Part shown: one piece after another, positions 1-10,000 of the stretch | Numbering within the stretch: position 1 is the stretch's first letter | Layout: each line of letters opens with the position of its first letter | Assembly: GCA_964016885.1 (NCBI GenBank) | Contig: OZ024743.1 | Span: 95,542,001 to 95,606,000 of the forward strand | DNA: 64,000 nucleotides | Source of the DNA: Eledone cirrhosa | Taxonomy: Eukaryota | Direction of reading: 5' to 3' | Notes under the pieces: model-generated | What the model was told of the DNA's origin: nothing | Databases searched by the model: none | The model's input: the letters and a program-made list of their open reading frames with translations, nothing else | Position numbers and translations under genes: made by a program

Positions 1-142
1 TGAATTTGCCACCGACGCAGTAGGCAGTGATTTTCTCAATGGCTAGGAATTTAGTCCACGCTTTGCTTTTTTCCATTCACTGAATCATTTTTGTATAAGT
101 TCCCTGTGTCCACGTATTGCCTGGAAACTTAGCTGAGAATAG

Positions 143-225
143 ACTTCCCTGATGACGAAAGGCTTCTCTGTACACTTCTTCGGAAAGTATGTTTATTCCC
201 TTTCAGAAACTAATTAGTTGGGAGT
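143..225 (+). ncRNA. Type I hammerhead ribozyme in a Penelope pseudo-LTR-like fragment
   Basis: Stem I ACTTCC(143-148)/GGGAGT(220-225). Core CTGATGA 149-155. Stem II GAAAGG(157-162)/CCTTTC(199-204) with a C.A mismatch at its base. GAAA 206-209. Palindromic stem III AACTAATTAGTT. Cleavage triplet GUU 217-219. The segment ends at (TA)n from about 273. Confidence 0.7.
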
Positions 226-266
226 GAAATTTTAGTAAGTTAATTTTATAATTTTCTTATTTTACG

Positions 267-272
<6 letters not shown>

Positions 273-360
<88 letters not shown>

Positions 361-683
361 GTATATATGTATATATGTGTGTGTGTGTATGTATATGTGT
401 ATGTATGTGTATGTGTATATGTATATGTATATGTATGTGTGTGTGTGTATGTATTTATTTTTACGTATGTATGTGTATGTGCAATTGTGTGTATTGCTTA
501 CCACGTGTGTTTGTTCATTTATTTGTTGCCTGTACCGCTGTCAATTTTATAATAATTTTTATATTCATTTTTATTCTTATGTGACGGTATTTTTATAATT
601 ATATTTTTTCTTATAATTATTTGTGTGTGTGCGTATGTAGGTGTGTGTATGTACGTGTGTATATATGTATGATTGTGTGTATG

Positions 684-755
<72 letters not shown>

Positions 756-965
756 TGTGTGTGTGTGTGTGTGAGTGCGTGTTTGTGTGTATGTGTATGT
801 ATGGATATGTTGATATATATGTGTGTATGTATGTATGTGTATATGTATGTGTATGTAGATATATATATACATATATATGTGTGTGTGTGTGTATGTATGT
901 GTATATATATGTGTATGTGTATATGTGTGTGTATGTAATTGTGTGTGTGTGTGTGTGCATGTGTG
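273..965. repeat. Compound (TA)n/(TG)n/(TATG)n microsatellite
   Basis: Directly visible dinucleotide runs; source of the [12 protein letters not shown] ORFs. Confidence 0.95.
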
Positions 966-1147
966 TTTATTTTTCCTTTCCTTATTCCTTTTCCAGCCTC
1001 ACTTTCATATAGATTATATTTTTGTTTTTAAAATCCAATGTCAATAAATACACCAGGATTCTTTCATTCTGATGATTGAAAGCAACATTTGTTTGCTTTT
1101 AAGAAACCACTGGTAAATGAAATAATTGCCTTATGTTGTTTATTACA

Positions 1148-1149
<2 letters not shown>

Positions 1150-1222
<73 letters not shown>

Positions 1223-1551
1223 CCCGTTCTGTGTGGGTGTGTAAAAGAGTTTCACTTGGAAAATATTCCATCGATCTCTGTCAAATTAAACACATAGCCT
1301 AAATAGGCTACCGTTTGTAACATCAAGAAAAAATTATTTCATAATGATTAATTTCGAAGTCACAAACTTCGATTTTATAATCTTATAGACTTTTGCACTA
1401 AAAAATTCCATGACGGCCATAAAGAGAGAGAGCGTTCCTTTTACACACTTCTTAACTCTCCCCCTTCCACAACACGACGTTATGGGATTGTATGTGTATG
1501 TGCGTGTGTATATGTGTGTGTATGTGTTTGTGTGTATGTGTGCGTGCATGT

Positions 1552-1590
<39 letters not shown>

Positions 1591-2085
1591 TTCCATAACG
1601 GCCAGAGAGAGAAGGATGTGTGAGAGGGAGATAGACAGAGAGGAGTGAGAGAGAGAGAGTAAAATAAAGAAAGAGCGGAGTGTGTGTGACGCGAATATGA
1701 TAAATACAGCGTTTATAATTTTAACTTATTTATTACACTTCTTAACTCTCCCCCTTCCACAACGTCACGTCTTGGGATTGTGTGCGTATGTGTGTGTATG
1801 TTTGTGTGTGTATGTGTTTGTGTGTGTGTGTACATGATGGATGTTTTAAAATACACATTGTTCAACCGACACGGCTAACGATACATTTCTCTATGTTCAC
1901 ATTATAATGACACATATCTGTAAATAAAACTTGCTATTTTTGAATACCCTCTCATTTTTTTTTATTGAAAGAGTTGATCAGGTAAAATTATCCTCCAAGT
2001 TAAACATACAACACGGAAATTGACCATTAACATTGCAGCCGTACCAAGAACTGACACCGTCCAATGGACGGGGGTCATTTGCTAG
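1150..2085 (+). mobile_element. Non-autonomous Helitron
   Basis: 3' hairpin CCGTCC-AAT-GGACGG (2057-2071), then CTAG (2082-2085) followed by T. The 5' end resembles ...CTATATA...TAATTCCCGTTCTGTGTG but is blurred by (TA)n expansion. Internal duplication CTTCTTAACTCTCCCCCTTCCACAAC near 1448 and 1738. Confidence 0.6.
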
Positions 2086-2117
<32 letters not shown>

Positions 2118-2378
2118 CCACATCATCATCTGTATCTTTCCTTCCATATTTGATGATTCCATAGAATGTTTGGCTCATCTTCCACTCACCACCTTTCTAC
2201 AGCTTCACTCGACATCTCGTTCATGAAGTTTGCCATCCTGGGATCAGCTTTCTCCACTTCTGCCTATGCCTTTCTCAGCCTTCCTCTTACCACAGTTTAA
2301 TGCACCTTTAAGTACTTTTCACTTCAATTACCTATCTAAAATCTTCCCTTGTACATTGCAAGTCCTTACAAATAAGCC
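2118..2378 (-). pseudogene. RTE-clade LINE remnant, 3' end (ORF C-terminus and (GAT)n tail)
   Basis: Minus strand reads RGRLRKA*AEVEKADPRM..., resembling the RTE C-terminal RGRPRKTWxEVVxxDL motif. GATGATGATG tail at 2121-2130. Confidence 0.7.
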
Positions 2379-2734
2379 TGTAGAAGATCACGCTATCTAG
2401 CGGTGACTGCCTACACAGTCGATTAACTGCCCTTAGTTCTGACGTCAGTGGCTGAGACAATAATACTTGGACAATGAGTGCTTGGAGACAATAGACGTGC
2501 GATAATCACGCAGCAGCTCAAGAGATGACACCAACACCATGTGGCAGTATTTGACGTTTTAAACATATTCCCAACCTAGGAGCATTAATGTTTCGTATAT
2601 ATTTTGTAATTGCTCCTATATAAAAAATGTTTTTTTGTAACATAAATTGAGGTATGTCTTTATTCCTTTGTTTGAAATGTGCCAATAAACCATAACCAAT
2701 TAGACGGGATGACTGACGACCACTCCCGCCTAAA
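2379..2734 (+). repeat. 5' LTR
   Basis: Starts TGTAGAAGATCACG and ends GCCTAAA. Contains a TATATAAA box and AATAAA. Aligns with 6073-6442. Confidence 0.93.
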
Positions 2735-2735
2735 G

Positions 2736-2750
2736 TGGTGACCTTCGACG
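2736..2750 (+). promoter_or_regulatory. Primer-binding site, tRNA-Trp type
   Basis: TGGTGACCTTCGACG immediately after the 5' LTR is close to the complement of the eukaryotic tRNA-Trp 3' end (TGGTGACCCCGACG). Confidence 0.75.
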
Positions 2751-3117
2751 ATTAAATATGAAAAGGCAACCTTCTTAATTTCACCATTCGTTTTTAAATT
2801 GAAAATTGTTCGTCTTACTGGCCAGCTAACATTCCCGCACATTGTCTTTCTTCTTAAAATGCGACCATCTGATTGGCTTAGCCTCGTCACGCGACCATAT
2901 TCTCAATTTGGAGAAGAAATGCGACGCCATCTTGTCTGATATCTGCTAGTTTGTTCCACATATTCTAACTTTGGGATTTTAGCTGCTATTTCTTGTACTG
3001 TGGCTGAATTTCCTTCGCTTGCGGCAACTTAATGGATATTTGGGGGAAAATTGTACTGTTTTCTCGTCGTTTTAAACATTAATTACTTTTATTCGTCCAT
3101 GTGGTAATAGATTGACG

Positions 3118-3900
3118 ATGAGTGCTCCTGGTTTGCCTGCGTTCTCGGGCGATACTAAACTCTAGCTTGCGCAGCTAGACGCTTATTTGGATGCCAACGA
3201 AGTAAAAACCGAGAAAAAGCTCAACTTTTTGATAAGTGGTATTCCTTCTTCACTCGCTATAACAGTGAAAGATTTAATTACGAACCCGTCGGCCAGTATT
3301 TCCTATGACTCGTTGCGGGAAGAAATTCTTCGAAGGAACAGTCGTTCTGCTGAGAGCAGATTTCGTTCATTGTTGGCGGACGAGTGTCTGGGCGATAGGT
3401 CGCCGTCTGAATTTTTGCGCCACATTAGGGACCTCAGTGAATCGCCTGAACAGGATAATTCTTTCATAAAAAAATTATTTTTCTCTCGCCTGCCAAACAG
3501 CGTCCAAATTATTTTGGCAAATATAGTGGACACCAGCTCTTTGGAGCAAATTGCTGCTTCCGCGGATCGAATCGTGGAATTTTCTAAAAAGGCTACCACC
3601 TCGGACTCGCGTGTCGCTTCCTCTTATTAAAACCAGCCCGTCTCGACACGCGAGGATGCCATGTTGAAGGCTATTGACGCTTTGACGCAGCAAGTCGCTC
3701 GATTGTGCAGGGAGAATGGGCCGTATTCTCGGCGGCCTAGGAGTCGTTCGCGTTCTTTCGCGACTCCACGTCGACGTACTACTTCGCCCGCCAGTAACCA
3801 ATTATTGTGCTGGTATCATGCTACCTATGCGGATAAGGCAGATCATTGCCGGCTTCCGTGTAATTATTCGACTGCGGGAAATGTGGACCAGAGTCACTAA
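3118..3900 (+). pseudogene. gag: Gypsy gag with two premature stops
   Basis: ATG 3118 MSAPGLPAFSGDTKL*LAQLDAYL is in frame with ORF 3187-3630 (LGDRSPSEFLRHIR, LFFSRLP). After the stop at 3628 it continues as ORF 3661-3900 with the CWYHxxYxxKAxxCxxPC motif typical of this gag class. Confidence 0.88.
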
Positions 3901-5935
3901 AGGCGGCTAGTGAACTCTGCGAAACAAAACGAAACCGCCATTTCTTCATTGAGGACCTCCTGTCTGGAAGAGCCTTCCTAGTGGACACAGGAGCTTCGTG
4001 AAGTATTTGGCCTGTTAATACTATGACAGTAACTCCTCCCGAGTCGTTGATCGAATTGCAAGCTGTCAACCAGTCAGCAATCAGAACTTTTGGACACATC
4101 TCGCTTCTTCTTAAGTTCCGAAATCTTCGTCCGGATGTCAAATGGGTACTCACTGTTGCTGATCTGCCATACCCGATTTTGGGCGCGCACTTTTTTCTTT
4201 GACGGTGGACGTTCGTCACCATCGACTGATTGACGATATAACTGGTTTTTCTCTTTGTGGCAGGACGGCGGAATTTTCTACAATTAGCCCGACTTTCTTT
4301 ATTGCTAACTCTGGAAACTTATATCATGGACTGTTGAAATCGTTCCCGCAATTGACTCATGAAATTTTTAGAGTCACTGATCCAGGAGCATTTTATTACT
4401 ACAACTGGCGCTCCGGTTTTTTCGCGTCCTCGTCGATTGCCAGCGGACAAATTGAAAGCAGCACGGTCCGAGTTCGATCATATGCTACAGCTCGGAATTA
4501 TTCGTGGCATCTCCATTACACATGGTGCCAAAATCTTCTGGCGATTGGAGAGCCACTGGAGATTAGAGAAGATTGAACTCGGTGACCGTACCGGATCGGT
4601 ATCCTATCCCTCATTTGCAGGATTTTGCATCCTCGTTGCAAGGTTGCAAAATTTTTTCAAAGCTCGATTTGATTCGAGCCTACAACCAGATTCCTGTCAA
4701 CAGAGACGACATCCCGAAAACGGCTATAACTACGCCATTTGGTTCTTTCGAATTTCTCACCATGCCTTTCGGGTTAAGGAATGCTGCTAGCACCTTCCAG
4801 CGTTTTATGGATGAGGTCACTCGCGGCCTCGATTTTGTATACACCTACATTGATGACCATCTTGTTGCGAGCTCTTCTCCAGAGCAGCATTTGCGCCATC
4901 TGGAACTTCTATTTTCTCGATTGAAGAATTACAATGTTCTGATTAATCCATCAAAATGTGTTTTTGGTTCCGAATCTTTGAATTTTTGGGGTCACGTCAT
5001 TGATGCTGACGGTATTCGACCTATTCCTGAGAGAGTTATAGCTATAGAGGATTTTCCTCCACCAACTTCACTTCGTCAGTTGCGCCAATTCTTGGGGCTG
5101 ATTAATTTTTATAGGCGGTTTGTGCCGAATTGTGCTAAGCTACTCTTCTCTTTGCCGGAAATTTTGAAAAATTGTCGAAAGAAAAATAGAGACATTTCTT
5201 TGAATGAAACTCAGCTCGAGGATTGTGAGAATACGAAAATGGTTCTAGCCAATGCATCTTTTCTGGCTCACCCAGTGTCCAACGCTAAGCTTTCGCTTTG
5301 TGTTGATGCGCATCGGATACTGCCGTGGGCGCGGTTTTGCAGCAGAGTAGAAACGATCAACAGCAACCGTTGGAATTCTTCTCCAGGAAGCTGAAACCTG
5401 CCGAAACCCGCTACAGCATCTTTGGACGGGAGTTGCTAGCAATATATTTATCAGTGAAACATTTTTCGTACATGCTTGAGGGAAGAACGTTTACTATCTT
5501 CACGGACCACAAGCCGTTGACATTCGCCTTGCAAGCTAAGGCAGATAAATACTCGCCTAGAGAAACTAGACATCTTGACCTCATCTCTCAGTTTACAAAT
5601 GATATTCAACATATTCCGGGTCATATGAATACAACGGCCGACGCCCTGTCTCGTTTACCGATTACTTCAATCTCGTCGCCCGATGACATAGATTTGAATC
5701 ACTTGGCAGCCGATCAGCCTACCCTCGAATCGTTGGATGTTACATCACCTGAATTTGTGAATTGCAGGATGAAATACCTACCTTTACCGACCGCAGGGGG
5801 ACGGATTTCTGCGACGTCTCTTTGGATACGCCACGCACTTTTGTTCCGTTGAACCATTGTCGAACTGTGTTTCTTGTTTTGCACGGTATTTCACATCCTG
5901 GATCTTCTGCCACAGTAAAACTCATAACGGCTAAA
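3879..5935 (+). pseudogene. pol: Gypsy pol (protease, RT, RNase H, integrase N-terminus), frameshifted
   Basis: FLVDTGAS protease (3975-3998). RT motifs [28 protein letters not shown] and YIDD. RNase H motifs RYSIFGRELLAIY, FTDHKPL and NTTADALSR. Integrase Zn-binding start LHGISHPG. Several stops and frameshifts. Confidence 0.93.
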
Positions 5936-6058
5936 TTGTTGTGCCCTTCATGCTCGGTTGGGCTGATTGCTCCTTGGTTTGGGATTTTTGCTGATTGCTA
6001 ATCAGTTTTTCTACATGCATGATTTTATGAACCTATTTTTATTTAATTTTCTAAAAAT

Positions 6059-6072
6059 CTGATGGGAGGCCA
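6059..6072 (+). promoter_or_regulatory. Polypurine tract
   Basis: CTGATGGGAGGCCA directly precedes the TG of the 3' LTR. Confidence 0.6.
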
Positions 6073-6442
6073 TGTAGAAGATCACGCCATCTAGCGTCGA
6101 CTGCCTACACAGTCGATTAACTGCCCTTAGTTCTGACGTCACGTTCTGACGTCAGTGGCTGAGACAATAATATTTGGACAATGAGTGCTTGGAGACAATA
6201 GACGTGCGATAATCACGCAGCAGCTCAAAATATGACACCAACACCACGTGGCAGTATTTGACGTTTTCAACATATACCCAACCTAAGAGCATTAATGTAT
6301 TCATATATATTTTGTAATTGCTCCTATAAAAAAAATGTTTTTTGTAACATAAATTGAGGTATGTCTTTATTCCTTTGTTTGAAATGTGCCAGTAAACCAT
6401 AACCAATAAGACGGGATGACTGACGACCACTTCCGGCCTAAA
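6073..6442 (+). repeat. 3' LTR
   Basis: Matches the 5' LTR with roughly 15 substitutions (by-eye count), a few 1-bp indels and a 13-bp duplication CGTTCTGACGTCA. Confidence 0.93.
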
Positions 6443-6446
6443 AGCC

Positions 6447-6800
6447 TTATCTCTTCTACATAACATTTTATTCTTCCTAAGTCTAGTTTTTCTTTCAACT
6501 CATTTGTTCTTCATTCTTCCTGTACTTTATTCAACGAAGAATGCTTGTCAAATTTCCATTCCAGTTTTATCTCATCTTCTGCATTCAGTGACCATGTTTC
6601 TCTACCCTGCAGTATTGTACTTCGTACGCAAAGACCATACGTTTTTCTCTTCAATTGGAAAGGAATCCTCATTGTTGCTAGCTACGGTAGTTGTTCCTTC
6701 AGCTTCTTACTTGCTTATCATGGCCACTATGATTTCTGAGTACCCACCTCAACTGTGAGGTAAATCGCCTAGGTAAGAGAAACTACCAAATACTCCTATG
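6447..6800 (-). pseudogene. RTE-clade LINE remnant, RT thumb region (continues at 2378)
   Basis: Minus strand reads GSFSYLGDL..GGYSEIIVA and LKRKTYGLCVRSTILQGRETWSLNAEDEIKLE, matching RTE motifs FxYLG and YxxCVRxxxLxGSETW. Confidence 0.8.
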
Positions 6801-6810
6801 TAGACTTATA

Positions 6811-6914
6811 AGCATTTGAAAGCATTCATTACAAAGGTACTTTTGTTGCTAACTGCTATGGAGCGGTTTGAGCATTTGAAAGCATTCATTGCAAAGGTAC
6901 TCTTGTTGCTAACT
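6811..6914. repeat. 60-bp-period tandem duplication
   Basis: AGCATTTGAAAGCATTCATT[A/G]CAAAGGTACT[T/C]TTGTTGCTAACT at 6811 and 6871. Confidence 0.85.
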
Positions 6915-7020
6915 CCTGTGTACTACATACGAAGTATTTCTTCTCTGTCTCATTGTGATCCCATTAGAATTCTTGTACTCTCATAGTTTACGTTGGATCC
7001 AACCTATAGAGTTTCAGCGT

Positions 7021-10000
7021 CTCTTCCTATCATTGATGGGTGTAGAGCCATATCTTTCTAATTTAAACTTCTGTTCCTAACATTGATGGCAGAAGAGCCA
7101 TATCTTTCTAATTTAAACTTCTCTTTGTATATGTGATGGCAGTAGAGCCATATCTTTCTAATTTAAACATCTCTTTCTATCATTGATGTCAGTAGAGCCA
7201 TATCTTTCTAATTTAAACTTCTCTTTCTATCTGTGATGGCAGTAGAGCCATATCTTTCTAATTTAAACTGATCTTTCTATCGGTTTTGGCAGTAGAGCCA
7301 TATCGTTCTAATTTAAACTTATCTTTCTATCGGTGATGGCAGCAGAGATATATCTTTCTAATTTAAACTTCTCTTTCTATCTGTGAAGGCAGTAGAGTCA
7401 TATCTTTCTAATTTAAACTTCTCTTTCTAACTGTGATGGCAGTAGAGCCATATCTTTCTAATTTAAACTTCTCTTCCTATCGGTGATGGCAGTCGAGTCA
7501 TATTTTTCTAATTTAAACTTATCTTTCTATCTGTGATGGCAGTAGAGCCATTTCTTTCTAACTTAAACATCTCTTTCTATCGGTGATGGCAGTGGAGCCA
7601 TATCTTTCTAATTTAAACTTCTCTTTCTATCTGTGATGGCAGTAGAGTCATACCTTTCTAATTTAAACTTATCTTTCTATCGGTGATGGCAGTAGAGTCA
7701 TATCTTTCTAATTTAAACTTCTCTTTTTAACTGTGATGGCAGTAGAGTCATATATTTCCAAATTAAACTTCTCTTTCTAACTGTGATGGCAGTAGAGCCA
7801 TTTCTTTCTAACTTAAACTTCTCTTTCTATCGGTGATGGCAGTAGAGCCATATCTTTCTAACTTAAACTTCTCTTCCTATCTGTGATGGCAGTAGAGTCA
7901 TACCTTTCTAATTTAAACTTCTCTTTCTATCATTGATGGCAGTAGAGTCATATCTTTCTAATTTAAACTTCTCTTTCTAATTGTGATGGCAGTAGAGCCA
8001 TACCTTTCTAATTTAAACTTCTCTTTCTATCGGTGATGGCAGTAGAGCCATATCTTTCTACCTTAAACTTCTCTTCCTATCTGTGATGGCAGTAGAGTCA
8101 TACCTTTCTAATTTAAACTTCTCTTTCTATCATTGATGGCAGTAGAGCCATATCTTTCTAATTTAAACTTCTCTTTCTATCTGTGATGGCAGTAGAGCCA
8201 TATCTTTCTAATTTAAACTTCTCTTTCTATCTGTGATGGCAGTAGAGTCATATCTTTCTAATTTAAACTTCTCTTTCTAACTGTGATGGAAGTAGAGTCA
8301 TATCTTTCTAATTTAAACTTCTCTTTCTAACTGTGATGGCAGTAGAGCCATTTCTTTCTAACTTAAACTTCTCTATCTATCGGTGATGGCACTAGAGACA
8401 TATCTTTCTAACTTAAACTTCTCTTTCTATCGGTGATGGCAGTAGAGTCATATCTTTCTAATTTACACTTCTCTTTCTATCTGTGATGGCAGTAGAATCA
8501 TAACTTTCTAATTTAAACTACTCTTCCGGTCTGTGATGTCAGTAGTCATATCTTTCTAATTTAAACTTCTCTTTCTATCGGTGATGGCAGTAGAGTCAGA
8601 TCTTTCTAATTTAAAATTATATTTCTATCTGTGAATGTAGTAGAGCCATATCTTTCTAATTTAAACTTCTCTTCCTATCTGTGATGGCAGTAGAGCCATA
8701 TCTTTCCAATTTAAACTTCTCTTTCTATCGGTGATGGCAGTAGAGCCATATCTTTCTAATTTAAACTTCTCTTTCTATCGGTGATGGCAGTAGAGTCATA
8801 TCTTTCTAATTTACACTTCTCTTTCTATCTGTGATGGCATTAGAGTCATATCATTCTAATTTACACTTCTCTTTCTATCTGTGATGGCAGTAGAGTCATA
8901 TCTTTCTAATTTAAACTTCTCTTCCCCTCTGTGATGTCAGTAGTCATATGTTTCTAATTTAAACTTCTCTTTCTATCGGTGATGGCAGTAGAGCCATATC
9001 TTTCTAATTTAAACTTCTTTTGCTATCGGTGATGGCAGTAGAGTCATATCTTTCTAATTTAAACTTATCTTTCTATCTGTGATGGCAGTAGAGCCATATC
9101 TTTCTAATTTAAACTTCTCTTCCTATCGGTGATGGCAGTCGAGTCATATTTTTCTAATTTAAACTTATCTTTCTATCTGTGATGGCAGTAGAGCCATATC
9201 TTTCTAATTTAAACTTCTCTTTCTATCGGTGATGGCAGTAGAGCCATATCTTTCTAACTTAAACTTCTCTTCCTATCTGTGATGGCAGTAGAGTCATACC
9301 TTTCTAATTTAAACTTCTCTTTCTATCATTGATGGCAGTAGAGTCATATCTTTCTAATTTAAACTTCTCTTTCTAATTGTGATGGCAGTAGAGCCATACC
9401 TTTCTAATTTAAACTTCTCTTTCTATCGGTGATGGCAGTAGAGCCATATCTTTCTACCTTAAACTTCTCTTCCTATCTGTGATGGCAGTAGAGTCATACC
9501 TTTCTAATTTAAACTTCTCTTTCTATCATTGATGGCAGTAGAGCCATATCTTTCTAATTTAAACTTCTCTTTCTATCTGTGATGGCAGTAGAGTCATACC
9601 TTTCTAATTTAAACTTATCTTTCTATCGGTGATGGCAGTAGAGCCATATCTTTCTAATTTAAACTTATCTTTCTATCTGTGATGGCAGTAGAGTCATATC
9701 TTTCGAATTTAAACTTCTCTTTCTAACTGTGATGGCAGTAGAGTCATATCTTTCTAATTTAAACTTCTCTTTCTAACTGTGATGGCAGTAGAGCCATTTC
9801 TTTCTAACTTAAACTTCTCTATCTATCGGTGATGGCACTAGAGACATATCTTTCTAACTTAAACTTCTCTTTCTATCGGTGATGGCAGTAGAGTCATATC
9901 TTTCTAATTTACACTTCTCTTTCTATCTGTGATGGCAGTAGAATCATAACTTTCTAATTTAAACTACTCTTCCGGTCTGTGATGTCAGTAGTCATATCTT

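Larger units (their letters stand above)
2379..6442 (+). mobile_element. Ty3/Gypsy LTR retrotransposon, two LTRs, decayed, integrase core deleted
   Basis: Direct LTRs 2379-2734 and 6073-6442. TSD AGCC (2375-2378/6443-6446), or AAGCC. PBS and PPT present. Domain order gag-PR-RT-RH-IN. Confidence 0.95.

Noticed and set aside
271-1012. Overlapping ORFs rich in YIYI, CVCV and HTHT (also 47076-47802, 48492-48689, 56186-56500, 57252-57587)
   Set aside because: Translations of stop-free dinucleotide microsatellites, not genes.
6452-6460. TCTTCTACA as the true 3' LTR end (perfect inverse of TGTAGAAGA)
   Set aside because: Absent from the 5' LTR, lies outside the AGCC TSD and belongs to the flanking RTE remnant. 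Treated as coincidence.
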